Assembly: GCA_051313645.2 (NCBI GenBank)
Contig: JBNRSN020000006.1
Span: 11,346,001 to 11,410,000 of the forward strand
Direction of reading: 5' to 3'
From: Centroscyllium fabricii
Lineage: Eukaryota
DNA length: 64,000 nucleotides
The notes beneath the pieces are model-generated. The model saw only the letters and a list, made by a program, of their open reading frames with translations, searched no databases and was not told the origin of the DNA. The position numbers and the translations under genes are program-made. How positions within the stretch are numbered: the stretch's first letter is position 1; each line of letters starts with the position of its first letter. Below, one piece after another: positions 35,015 to 46,151 of the stretch.

Positions 35015-38000
35015 TTATCCCAACTCTCTGCTTTCTGTTAGAAAGCCAATCCTCCACCCATGACAGAATATTACCCCCAATCCCGTGATTTTTTTATAAG
35101 GGAGGGGACCTTGGAAGTCCACACTCGGGCGCTCGAATGGGCGGGTGGCCTTGATGAGGTGCGCCCTGTCAGGCCTGTAAAACTGGGGCTTGCACTCAGC
35201 ACAGACAGGGCACTCCTGCGTCATCGCCTTGATCTCCGCAATGGAATAAGGGAGATTGCGTGATTTGACGAAGTGAGCGAGCCTGGTGACCCCCGGGTGG
35301 CAGAGATTAGCGTGGAGGGTCTTCAGACTACCCAACTGGGCACTGGCACATGATCCTCGGGACAGGGCGTCCGGGGGATCATTAAGCTTCCCTGGCCGGT
35401 ACAGAATGTCGTACTCAAAGGCAGAGAGTTCGATCCGCCACCTGAGGATCTTGTCATTCTTGATCTTACCCTTCTGTTTATGGTGGAACATAAACGCTAC
35501 TGACCGCTGGTCAGTAAGAAGGGTAAAACGCTTACCGGCCAAATAGTGGCGCCAGTGGCGCACTGCTTCCACGATTGCTTGGGCCTCCTTTTCCACTGAA
35601 GAGTGTCGGACTTCAGGGCCCTGTAGGGTACGGGAGAAGAAAGCAACGGGCCTGCCTGCCTGGTTGAGGGTGGCGGCCAGGGCGAAGTCTGAGGCGTCGC
35701 TTTCGACCTGGAAGGGGAGAGACTCATCAATAGCGTGCATGGTTGCCTTGATGATGTCCTGCTTAATATGTGAAAAAGCAGTTTGTGCCTCTAATGAGAG
35801 CGGGATGGAGGTAGCTCTGAGGAGAGGCCGGGCCTTATCAGCATAATGGGGAACCCATTGTGCATAATACGAGAACAACCCTAGGCATCTCCTCAAAGAT
35901 TTGGGGGAGTGCAGCAGAGGCAGCTCCTGAAGGGGGCGCATACGTTTGGGATCAGGACCGAGGACCCCGTTCTCAATTACGTAGCCGAGGATAGCCAACC
36001 GGTTAGTGTTGAAAACACACTTATCCTCATTGTAAGTGAGGTTCAGACGCTGGGCCGTACGGAGAAACCTGTCCAAATTGGCATCGTGATCTTGCTGATC
36101 ATGGCCGCAGATCGTGACATTGTCCAAATACGGGAACGTGGCCTGCAAATGGTACTGGTCAACCATTCGGTCCATCTCCCGTTGGAAGACCGAAACTCCA
36201 TTGGTAACCCCAAAGGGGACCCGGAGGAAGTGAAAAAGGCGCCCATTTGCATCAAAGGCAGTGTATTTACGGTCCTCAGCTCTGATAGGGAGCTGGTGAT
36301 AGGCTGACTTAAGGTCGATGGTGGAGAAGACCTTATACTGGGCAATCTGGTTGACCATATCATTTATCCTAGGAAGCGGATAAGCGTCGAGCCCAGTGTA
36401 GCGGTTAATGGTCTGACTATAGTCAATGACCATGCGCTGTTTGTTGCCCGACTTAACCACTACCACCTGGGCCCGCCACGGGCTGTTACTGGCCTTGATG
36501 ATGCCCTCCCGCAGCAACCGGGCAACCTCTGCCTGAATAAAGGTGCGGTCCCACACGCTGTATCGCCGACTCTTGGTTGCAATGGGCTTGCAGTCAGGGT
36601 CAAGGTTGGCGAACAGCGAGGGGGGGTCTATCTTCAAGGTAGACAGACCGCAAGAGGAGTGTGGTTGTGAGGCAGGGCAGTCGTGGCTGCTGACCGTGAG
36701 AGGAGGCAGGGGACCACCGTACGCCAGCGTTAAGCTCTGCAGATGGCACTGGAAATCCAGGCCAAGCAACACAGGGGCACAGAGCTGTGGGAGGACGTAC
36801 AGTGGAAAATTGCGGTATGTCGTCCCCTTCACGGTAATGGTGACTGTACAGCAGCCGATGACGTCCACAGTCTGGGACTCGGAGGCGAGGGAGATTTTAC
36901 GATGCGTGGGCCTAACCCTGAGGGCATAACGGCGCAGTGTATCAGGGTGTATAAAGCTCTCCGTACTCCCAGTGTCGAACAGACAGCAGGTGAGGTGCCC
37001 CTCCACCCGGGTGGTCATCGTTGATAAAGCAAGAGCCGGGTTCGGGGCCGTAGAGGCAAGTGTGGTGTGCGCGCTGGGGCCCTTGCGCGATGCAGGGTCC
37101 ACGGCTGGTGGCGGCGCCCGTGATTCGCACGCGGCGGGCCGCGGTGGTGTTTCGGACCGGTGGGTGAGTCTCCCAGAATGCCGTCGGGAAGACCGAAGGG
37201 CTCGCGGCGCAGCAGCAGCACCCGCATGCTGAAGTGGTCTGGAGTAGTCTGTTGCAGCTGCCAGAACCACTGAGGTAGATTCAAAGTTACTAGTTGCTGC
37301 AGCAGCCGGTGCTTTAAAAATCTTCCTATACAAAGATGGCATCGGGCCCTCCGCTGTAGGTATGCAGGCCATCCTGCACCAAGATGGCAGCGTCACGTGA
37401 TGGGGCGGGACCGCTGATGCCGTGACGCGTTCCGATGGTGGCGTCACGTGATGAGGAGGAACCGCTGCTGCCGTGACGCGGAGAGACGGCAGCGTCACGT
37501 GATGGGGCGGGGCCTCTGCCGCCTGTTCGGTCCTCGGCACGTGATGGGGAGGACCGCTGCTGACGTGACGCGGGGAGACGGCGGCGTCACGTGATGGGGC
37601 GGGGCCTCTGCCGCCCGTTCGAGCCATTCCAGGCATGAAAAAGGCCACGCCCCCCAAAGATGGTGACGGCGCCCACGTTTCAGCGATGGAGGAAGACGGC
37701 AGAACGCGGGAAATGGCACTGGCAGGCCGCACCCGAGGCAAGGTAGGTAATAGTTGTTTAGAAAAAAACTGTTGGGGGGCGCCAGGTACCTGAGGCCACT
37801 CTGTGGCGTAGAGATTGCAGGCTGCTGCTGTTTTCTTTGTAGATTCCGGGGCCGATCGGCAGACCTTCGCAAAGTGGCCCTTCTTGCCACACCTGGAGCA
37901 GGATGACGACTTCGCTGGGCAGGAGCTTCGTGGGTGGCGTTTTTGGCCACAAAAATTGCATTTCAGGGGCGCTGGCTGTCCGGATGGTGCCGTGGCTGCC

Positions 38001-38644
38001 ACGGTTGCCGTCGAGGGCGTTAAACGCGAGTCCCAAGGCCCTGGGTAAACCGTATGGGAGCCGTGCCCCGTGTACGAACCCAGGCTGCGGAGGGCCCCAT
38101 CCACCGCATTGGAAAGCTTCACCGCCTGGTTCAGGGACAAATCATCCTGCTCGAGCAGGCGGGTGCGCGCTGGGGCCGATCGGATTCCTGCCACGTAGGC
38201 ATCACGGACGAGGAGGTCCATGTGCTCCTGGGTGTGAACGGGTGCACAATCGCAGCGCAGAGCGAGAGCCTGTAGAGCCTCCAGGTACTCCTCGTTCGAC
38301 TCACCAGGCTGTTGTCTCCGCGTGGCGAGTAGATGGCGAGCGTAGACGGCGTTGACAGGCTGGAGGTACCGAGCCCTCAGCAGCTCCAATGCTGCATCAT
38401 AGTCAGTGGCGTTCTTGATGATTGCAAAGACCCTGCCACTGACGCAGGAGACTAGGACCCGTCTTCTGTGCGTAACGCTGACTCCGGCCACCACCAGAAA
38501 CGACTCGAAGCAGCTCAGCCAGTGCTCGAAATCGTTCGAAGCTTTCGGTGCCTGGGGGGTGAGGTCGAGAGTCTTCAGCTTGAGGATCGATCTCCAGGTG
38601 TCTGGTGCAGCTGGCTGTTGGCTCTGTCCTGGCTCATAACCCAT
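35015..38644 (-). pseudogene. gag-pol ORF (two CCHC knuckles, PR, RT, RNase H, integrase Zn finger), truncated and running into CR1 sequence
   Basis: 1209-aa ORF: CNFCGQKRHPRSSC, CSRCGKKGHFAKVC, DTGS, YLDN, ESDASD, HxxxxHPG...CPVC. Confidence 0.9.
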
Positions 38645-38864
38645 TGTAAATCTTAGCGAATAAAATTGATGCGCTAATCAATCACGCCAGTCTTTGGTGA
38701 ATCGTAATCAAAGGCTTTTATTCGCTAAGAACAAGACCTGGTCCGCGATCAGTCCTGCCCGGAATGAGAGTCAGGTGGGCGGAGATTCCTCCTTTATACT
38801 CATACCCGGAGGCGGGGTCAGCTGGTCCAGGTGCTTACAGAAAGGAACCACTTTATTAGCACAA

Positions 38865-41800
38865 TGTGGAGCTGCGAGTACTTAAAGAATGCACAGAGAC
38901 AGAGCTAAAGGAAAACACAACTTTACTCTAGAGATTCAAAACATGGAAGAGGCAGAACCACGAGGTATCAACATATTTAAACTGTCCCGCCGTTGGTGAC
39001 GTCATCACGTCCACCGACGTGGTGACGCAACCGCATCACGTGGTTGAGCGAGCCGCGCTCCGCGGAGCCCCGTTGGCGGATTCGTAATCCCAGCGGGTGT
39101 GCCGCTACACAGCTCCCCCCAGAATCCGTCCGGGAGAAATAAATTGCCGTGTCTATGTGTGCCGTTGGGGCGGTCGGATGATGCGGCCGGACCGTGTTGT
39201 TCGTTGTTGCCGGTTCTGCGTTGGAGTGTGGGCGGGTTTAGGTGCGGGAGGGCGACCGCGTTGTGGTGGTTGCGCGGGGACCGTGGTCTCGCCCGCTGTC
39301 ACGTGTGCCGGCTTGAGCCGGTCTATAGTTACTGTCTCAGTTCTTTTGCCCATTTGTAACTCGAAGAACTTGTCTCCCGCCCGAAGCACTCTGTAAGGGC
39401 CATCGTACGGTGGCTGTAAAGGGGCTCGATGCCCGTCTCGTCTGATAAATACCCATTTGGCATTTTTAATGTCCTCTGGCACCCGAGCTGCCGGCTCTCC
39501 ATGCCGGGCCACTGGCAATGGCTGAAAGGCTCGTGCCGGGTTTGCCCAGTCTTTTAAATACTGGTCTGCTGACCAGGGTGAGTTGGCCTCAGCCAGAAAT
39601 TCGCCCGGAACCGTCAAAGCCTGGCCGTAGACGAGCTCTGCTGCTGAGGCGTTGAGGTCCTCTTTGACTGCCGAGCGCAGCCCGAGGAGGACCCATGGAA
39701 GGCGGTCGGTCCATGAAGCATCCTTTAGCGTGGCCCGCAATGATGCCTTCATTGAGCGGTGGAACCGTTCGCATAGGCCGTTCGCCTGTGGGTGGTATGC
39801 GGTGGTCCTGTGTAGCGTCACCCCGAGGTCGCGAGCGATGGCCGCCCATAGCGTCGACGTAAACTGGGGTCCTCTGTCGGAGGTGATGTCCGTGGGCACG
39901 CCGAATCGGGCGATCCATGTGGCGATGAACGCCCTGGCTAGGTCCGTGGTGTTGGTGGCAGTGAGGGGAACTGCTTCAGGCCAGCGGGTGTTGCGGTCGA
40001 CCATGGTCAGTAGGTGCGTGTGGCCGCGAGATGCTGGTAGAGGCCCAACGAGGTCAATATGGACGTGGTCAAAGCGTCTGGCCGGTACTTTAAAATTTTG
40101 CAGCGGTGCCTTGATGTGCTTGTGCACCTTGGAGCGCTGGCAGGCTATGCAGGAGGTGGCCCAGACGCGGACGTCTTTGCGCAGGCCGCGCCATACGAAC
40201 CGGGCCGATATGAGTCTAATGGACGCGCGGACGCCGGGGTGGGACAGGTCATGGAGGGTCGTAAAAATTCGTTCCCTCCACGCGAGGGGCACGACGGGCC
40301 TGGGTTGTGGTAAGGAAACGTCGCAGCAGATGACGGTGGCAGCGGGACCGTGCGCGACATTGGCCAAGCGTAGGCCAGGGAGTTTAGTGGCTGCATTGAG
40401 TAGGTCAGGGTCGGTCAGCTGGTCGGCGGCCAGCTGGGCGTAATCAACTGCCATTTGGGCGGCGTTGATGGTGGGGCGTGAGAGGCAGTCAGCGACTACA
40501 TTGTCGCGGCCGGAAATGTGCTGAATGTCGGTTGTGAATTCCGACACGGCCGTGAGTTGGCGCTGCTGCCTGGCTGACCAGGGATCCGCTAGCTTAGCCA
40601 TCGCGAACGTGAGTGGCTTGTGGTCGGTGAAGGCTGTAAAGTGTCGGCCCTCCAGGAGGAACCGAAAATGTCGCACCGCCAGATGGAGAGCCAGTAGCTC
40701 CCTATCAAAGGCGCTGTATTTAACCTCTGGGGGCCGGAGTTGCCGGCTGAAAAAGGCCAGGGGTTGCCACGAGTTGCCGGTCCACTGCTCAAATACGGCC
40801 CCGACCGCGTGGTCGGAGGCGTCGGTGGTGAGGGCTACTCTGGCGTTGGGCCTAGGGTGGGCTAGGAGGGTGGCGTTTGCCAGGGCGGTTTTGGTTGCGG
40901 TGAAGGCGGTGGCGGCGTCGGCCGTCCACTCGACCGCAGCCTTGTTGGGCTGCCCGCGGGTGGCCTGGTATAAGGGGGCCATGAGGGCGGCTGCTCCCGG
41001 GATAAATCGGTTATAGAAATTGACCATGCCCAGGAATTCCTGTAGTCCCTTAATGGAGTGCGGGCGAGGGAATTCTTGCACCGCCTGCGCTTTAGAGGGC
41101 AGAGGTATGGCTCCTGCCTGGGAAATGCGGTGGCCGAGGAAGTCGATGGTCTCGAGGCCAAACCTGCATTTGGTGGGGCTTAATATAAGGCCGTGTTCGG
41201 TAAGGCGCTGGAACAGGGTCCTGAGATGTAGGAGGTGTTCCTGAGGGGACGAGCTGGCCACGAGGATGTCGTCCAAATAGACGAAGATGAACCTCAAGTC
41301 CCGTAGGACTGAGTCCATGAGGCGCTGGAAGGCCTGGGCCGCGTTTTTAAGGCCGAAGGGCATCCTCATAAATTCAAAAAGCCCGAAGGGGGTGATCACG
41401 GCCGTTTTGGGAATGTCCGCCGAGTGCACGGGTACCTGGTGGTAGCCACGCACCAGGTCGATCTTAGAAAAGATCGTGCGCCCTGCCAGTCTGGCGGAAA
41501 AGTCCTGGATGTGGGGTACGGGGTACCTATCCGGGGTGGTGGCGTTGTTGAGGCGGCGATAGTCGCCGCAGGGGCGCCAACCTCCGTCGGGCTTGGGGGC
41601 TATGTGGAGCGGGGAGGACCAGGGGCTGTTGGAGCGGCGGATAATACCGAGTTGTTCCATGGTGCGGAACTCGGTGATGGCGATCTCCAGTTTAGCTGGG
41701 TCGAGCCTACGGGCGCGTGCATGGACGGGCGGGCCTGTGGTGGTTATGTAGTGCTCTACCCCGTGTTTGGCCTTACGGGCGGTGAACGTGGGGTTGGTAA

Positions 41801-43310
41801 GGGCGGGAAATTCCGCCAGGAGTGTGCCGTAGGCATCGCGGTCCTTGGAGCGGCATTGGGCTGCCGCGTGGGTCAGGAGTGCGCGCCCTGTGGAACATGG
41901 AATGGTCGTCATGGTGCTGAGATTCACCAGGCGGCGCCGGGTTACATCGACCAGTAGGCCGTTGGCGCAGAGGAAATCTGCCCCGAGGAGGGGAGAGGTG
42001 ACCTGGGCCGTTACAAACTCCCAGGTGTACGTGTGGCCTGCAAGGGTAATAGTCAGCTCGCGTGTGCCGTACGTTTTAATGCTGGACCCGTTGGCTGCCG
42101 CTAGTGGCGGGCCGCGGGTGCCTCGTTTGGTTTCTGCGGGGGAGGCTGGCACGATGCTGTGCTGCGCGCCTGTGTCGCAGAGGAACCTGAGGCCGGTGCC
42201 GCTGTCGGTGGCGAAGAGGAGTGCTCCTGTGTGGCCTACCGACATGGTGGAGGCTGAGTTAGGTTTAAACGTGCACGGCTGGACGCAGCGGTGCGCTTTG
42301 TGTTCAAACCGCGTGTGATAGTAGCACCAGCCGGTGCTAGAGGGGCGCGGTTGTCTGGGCGGGCGTGGGGCCTTGGGTTCGGGCATAAAATTGTGCCCAG
42401 GGGGCGAATAGTTGTGCTCTACCGATGCTGAGTTGGGGGCGCACGTGGTAGAGCTGGTGCGCTGCGCCGCCATAAGCCTGTCAGCTTCCTCGCCGAGTTC
42501 GTCGTCGCTAAGGTGGGCTAGGGCTGCCAGGGCAGGTCTGATTGCGCGGGGCAATTTGAGGAGGAAAACCGTGCGAAATAGGGTGGCAGGGTTGGGAGTG
42601 AGCGCCTGCATCTGACCTAGCAGGTCCGATGGGTCGGTGTCCCCGAGCTCGGGGAGGTCGAGGAGCTGGCAGTCGCGCTCGAACTGGGAAGGGGTAAACT
42701 TCTTAATCAGCGCGGCCTTAAGTGTTTCGTACCTGCCTACGGAGGGCACGCGCTGGATCGTTGACCACATCCTATCGACGGTCGTTTGGGGCAGAGCTGT
42801 GAAGACCAAGTCGTAGCGGTCGTCCCCGTTGACGCCATTTGAACGGCAGCTGGCTTCTATGCAGCTAAACCAGGCCGCTGGCCGTTGCTCCCAGAACTCG
42901 GGCAAAACAAGTCCGCGCCCGGTGTTCCGTCCAGCCCCCTGTGATCGTGGGGCTTGGTTCCTTGCGTTGGACATATTTTTTTAAAGTCCTTGGCTGCGAT
43001 CCTCAAATACTGCAGCAGCTTTTCTTCACTGGACTGGAAGTCGTTCCAGTTGTCGGGGTCACCACTGTGGAGCTGCGAGTACTTAAAGAATGCACAGAGA
43101 CAGAGCTAAAGGAAAACACAACTTTACTCTAGAGATTCAAAACATGGAAGAGGCAGAACCACGAGGTATCAACATATTTAAACTGTCCCGCCGTTGGTGA
43201 CGTCATCACGTCCACCGACGTGGTGACGCAACCGCATCACGTGGTTGAGCGAGCCGCGCTCCGCGGAGCCCCGTTGGCGGATTCGTAATCCCAGCGGGTG
43301 TGCCGCTACA
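38865..43310 (-). mobile_element. Intact CsRn1/Kabuki-like Gypsy retrotransposon
   Basis: 245-bp LTRs at 38865-39109 and 43066-43310 with no difference found by eye; ACAA TSD; PBS TGGTGACCCCGAC (tRNA-Trp); PPT GGGGGGAG. Confidence 0.96.
39153..42974 (-). CDS. Gag-Pol polyprotein (gag CHCC, protease, RT, RNase H, integrase), 1273 aa
   Basis: Uninterrupted ORF with DTGA, YLDD, TTDASD, HHCC, D,D(35)E-region and GPY motifs. Confidence 0.95.
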   Translation of the reverse strand: MSNARNQAPRSQGAGRNTGRGLVLPEFWEQRPAAWFSCIEASCRSNGVNGDDRYDLVFTALPQTTVDRMWSTIQRVPSVGRYETLKAALIKKFTPSQFERDCQLLDLPELGDTDPSDLLGQMQALTPNPATLFRTVFLLKLPRAIRPALAALAHLSDDELGEEADRLMAAQRTSSTTCAPNSASVEHNYSPPGHNFMPEPKAPRPPRQPRPSSTGWCYYHTRFEHKAHRCVQPCTFKPNSASTMSVGHTGALLFATDSGTGLRFLCDTGAQHSIVPASPAETKRGTRGPPLAAANGSSIKTYGTRELTITLAGHTYTWEFVTAQVTSPLLGADFLCANGLLVDVTRRRLVNLSTMTTIPCSTGRALLTHAAAQCRSKDRDAYGTLLAEFPALTNPTFTARKAKHGVEHYITTTGPPVHARARRLDPAKLEIAITEFRTMEQLGIIRRSNSPWSSPLHIAPKPDGGWRPCGDYRRLNNATTPDRYPVPHIQDFSARLAGRTIFSKIDLVRGYHQVPVHSADIPKTAVITPFGLFEFMRMPFGLKNAAQAFQRLMDSVLRDLRFIFVYLDDILVASSSPQEHLLHLRTLFQRLTEHGLILSPTKCRFGLETIDFLGHRISQAGAIPLPSKAQAVQEFPRPHSIKGLQEFLGMVNFYNRFIPGAAALMAPLYQATRGQPNKAAVEWTADAATAFTATKTALANATLLAHPRPNARVALTTDASDHAVGAVFEQWTGNSWQPLAFFSRQLRPPEVKYSAFDRELLALHLAVRHFRFLLEGRHFTAFTDHKPLTFAMAKLADPWSARQQRQLTAVSEFTTDIQHISGRDNVVADCLSRPTINAAQMAVDYAQLAADQLTDPDLLNAATKLPGLRLANVAHGPAATVICCDVSLPQPRPVVPLAWRERIFTTLHDLSHPGVRASIRLISARFVWRGLRKDVRVWATSCIACQRSKVHKHIKAPLQNFKVPARRFDHVHIDLVGPLPASRGHTHLLTMVDRNTRWPEAVPLTATNTTDLARAFIATWIARFGVPTDITSDRGPQFTSTLWAAIARDLGVTLHRTTAYHPQANGLCERFHRSMKASLRATLKDASWTDRLPWVLLGLRSAVKEDLNASAAELVYGQALTVPGEFLAEANSPWSADQYLKDWANPARAFQPLPVARHGEPAARVPEDIKNAKWVFIRRDGHRAPLQPPYDGPYRVLRAGDKFFELQMGKRTETVTIDRLKPAHVTAGETTVPAQPPQRGRPPAPKPAHTPTQNRQQRTTRSGRIIRPPQRHT

Positions 43311-45053
43311 ACAAACTATATACAATAATAACAGTGTGAACTACACTAAATGGTTCACCACATTGAGTAATATTCTTTTGTGTGGCACCTTGTCAAATGC
43401 CTTTTGGAAGTCTAAATACACTACATCCACTGGTTCCCCTTTATCCACCCTGTATGTTATGTCCTCAAAAATCTCTAGCAAATTTGTCAAACATGACTTC
43501 CCCTTTGTAAAACCATGCTGACTTTGTCCTATTAAATTATGTTTATCCAAATGCCCTGTTACTGTTTCCTTAATAATGGATTCTAACATTTTGCCAACCA
43601 CAGATGTTAGGCTAACTGGTCTATAATTTCCAGCCTTCTGTCTACTACCCTTTTTAAATAAAGGCGTTACATTAGCAGTTTTCCAATCTGCCGGGATCTT
43701 TGCCGAGTCCAGAGAGTTTTGAAAAATGATTACCAATGCATCCACAATCCGTAGCGCCACTTCCCTCAAGACCCTAGGATGTAAGCCATCAGGTCCAGGG
43801 GATTTATCCGCCTTAAGTCCCATTATTTTACCGAGTACCATTTCCTTAGTGACTTTAATCGTAATTAGCTCCTCCCCCCGCCAGAGCCCCCTGTTTATCC
43901 AGTGTTGGGATATTTTGAGTGTCCTCTACTGTAAAGACTGATACAAAATATTTGTTCAGCGTTTTTGCCATCTCCATGTTCCCTACCATTAATGTCCCGG
44001 TCTCATCCTCTAAGGGACCAACATTTACTTTAGCCACACTTTTTCTTTTTATGTAACGATAGAATCTCTTGCTATCTGTTTTTATATTTTTTGCTAATTT
44101 ACTTTCATAATCTATCTTCCCTTGCTTAATCAATCTTTTTGTTATTTTTTACTGACTTTTAAAAGCTTCCTGATCTTCTATCTTCCCACTAGATTTGGCT
44201 ACCTTATATAACCTTGTTTTTAGTCGGATACTCTCCTTTATTACTTTACTTAGCCACGGATAGCTGTTTTTTCTTTTACACCCTTTTTTCCTCAGTGGAC
44301 TATATTTTTCTTGAAAGTTGTAAAATAACTCCTTGAATACACACCACTGATCATGTACTGTGTTACCCTTTAATCTGTTTTCCCAGTCCACCTTAATCAA
44401 TTCCACTCTCATACCATCATAGTCTCCTTTATTTAAGCTCAGTACGCTTGTTTGAGATCCAACCCTCTCACCCTCTAATTGAATTTGGAATTCGACCATG
44501 TTATGGTCACTCATTCCAAGGGGATCCAGTCAATATGAAAGTTAAAATCCCCCATAATTATAGCTGTTCCCTTATTACAAGCCCCAACTATTTCCTGATT
44601 TATACTCTGACCAACTAAGTTACAACTGTTAGGAGGCCTATAGACTACACCCAATAGTGGTTTTTTTCCCTTTATTATTTCTTATTTCCACCCAAACTGT
44701 TTCACTATCCTGATCCTTTGAGCCAATATCATTTTGCTGTATTGTAGTGATTCCTTGCCTTATTAACATAGCCACCCCACCTCCCTTTCCTTCCTGCCTG
44801 TCCCTCCTAATTGTTAAACACCCTTGTATGTTTAATTCCCAGTCCTGGTCACCTTGCAGCCATGTTTCTGCAATTGCCACAAGATCATACCCATATATAA
44901 TTATTTGTGCCATCAACTCGTCTATTTTGCTGCGAATACTACGTGCATTCAAATAAAGGACTTTCAAATATATTTGACACTTAATTCCTGCTTTTTCCCT
45001 TTTTACAACTTTACCTTTATCTCCATACATTCTTTCCCTTCCTGACACACTCT

Positions 45054-45888
45054 GGGGGGATTTCGCCGGAAGGGCGGGAACCTGGCAGGGATTGGTCTGG
45101 GCGGCTTCCAGTCCCGCCCGCCCAAACAGCTGGGTAGGCCACGCAATTTTAGTTTAATTAGGTTGTTAAATCCTCGGCGGCGGCAGCGGGAGGTAATTAG
45201 GTCAATCGAATCGGGCTGCATCGGGGCTGCAAGCAGTTTGATTGACAGTTCCAGCACTGGTTGTTGTCAGTTCCCATGGAAACACTCCACTGTGACATCA
45301 CAGTGGAGTGGAGCCAATGGGAAAGGCCAAGTGCTGGTGACTGACAGGTGGGCGGGCGGGCTCAGAATCACTCACAACTCGCAGCGGCTGTCAGGAACTG
45401 TGCAGAACTGAAATTTCTCAGTTTCTGCTCACAGCTGCTGCTGCAACCAGAGCGGAGTTACTTACTCCTCTAAGGTGCTGGAGGCATGCCAAGCATTTGG
45501 CAGCATGTCCTTCACACCTTGAAGGAGAAAGTAATAAATGCAAGAAGTCACACAACACCAGGTTATAGTCCAACAGTAATAACCAGCGCTGTGCTCCCGC
45601 TGGGTGAAACCCAGCGGGGTTTAAGGTGACGTGGTTAGGACGGGAAACAGGGCAAAATAGCGGAGGGCCCTTAAAATGGCATTAAAGCTGCCAATTAAGG
45701 GCCCTTAACGAGGTGACAACCCATCCCCGCCGGTCGGCGGCGGGAAGGTTTTGGGGCAGGGAATCTGGGCGGGGTAAAATGAGAAAGTGGCGGGGATACG
45801 GCGGGAAGGGGCGGGACCCGCCAGTTCCGCTATTTTGCCGGCCGGGCCGCTGAAAACCCCGCCTCACGGGGACATGAAATTCACCCCC
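45054..45888. mobile_element. Harbinger-type MITE
   Basis: Ends GGGGGGATTTC / GAAATTCACCCCC; TCT TSD; homologous, inverted, to ~54330-55246. Confidence 0.75.
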
Positions 45889-46151
45889 TCTGTCTTTTAA
45901 TTCCCCCATTGTTACCTATGTCCATTACCTTCTCCATTGTCATTTTTATTATTTGCTCTCTAGAAACCTCCCCCCCCCCCCCCCACTAATTAGTTTAAAG
46001 CCCTCTCCACAGCCCTAGTTACATGATTCGCCAGAACACTGGTCCCAGCCCAGTTCAGCTGAAGCCCTTCCCGCTGGAACAGTCCTCTCCTGTCCCAGTA
46101 CCGGTGCCAGTGTCCCAAGAAGCAAAGCCCACTTCTCCCACACCAGTCTTT

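Larger units (their letters stand above)
35098..43362 (-). mobile_element. 3'-truncated Gypsy element (non-tRNA-PBS lineage); its 5' LTR is split by a CsRn1-like element
   Basis: 5' LTR = 38667-38864 plus 43315-43362; integrase core and 3' LTR missing. Confidence 0.88.
33792..46151 (-). mobile_element. Long CR1 LINE (end of ORF1 to 3' tail) split by two Gypsy elements and a MITE
   Basis: Pieces 33792-35096, 43363-45053 and 45889-46151; YLNARSI endonuclease start; ORF1-like FLGHWHRYWDRRGLF; long 3' UTR. Confidence 0.88.

Noticed and set aside
39652-42615. Plus-strand ORFs antisense to gag-pol
   Set aside because: Expected shadow ORFs of a GC-rich coding strand; no recognisable motifs. The same applies near 14482-16429 and 36543-38656.
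45541-45576. Short Penelope-like fragment (CACACAACACCAGGTTATAGTCCAACAG) in the MITE
   Set aside because: Too short (~35 bp) to assign reliably without a search.
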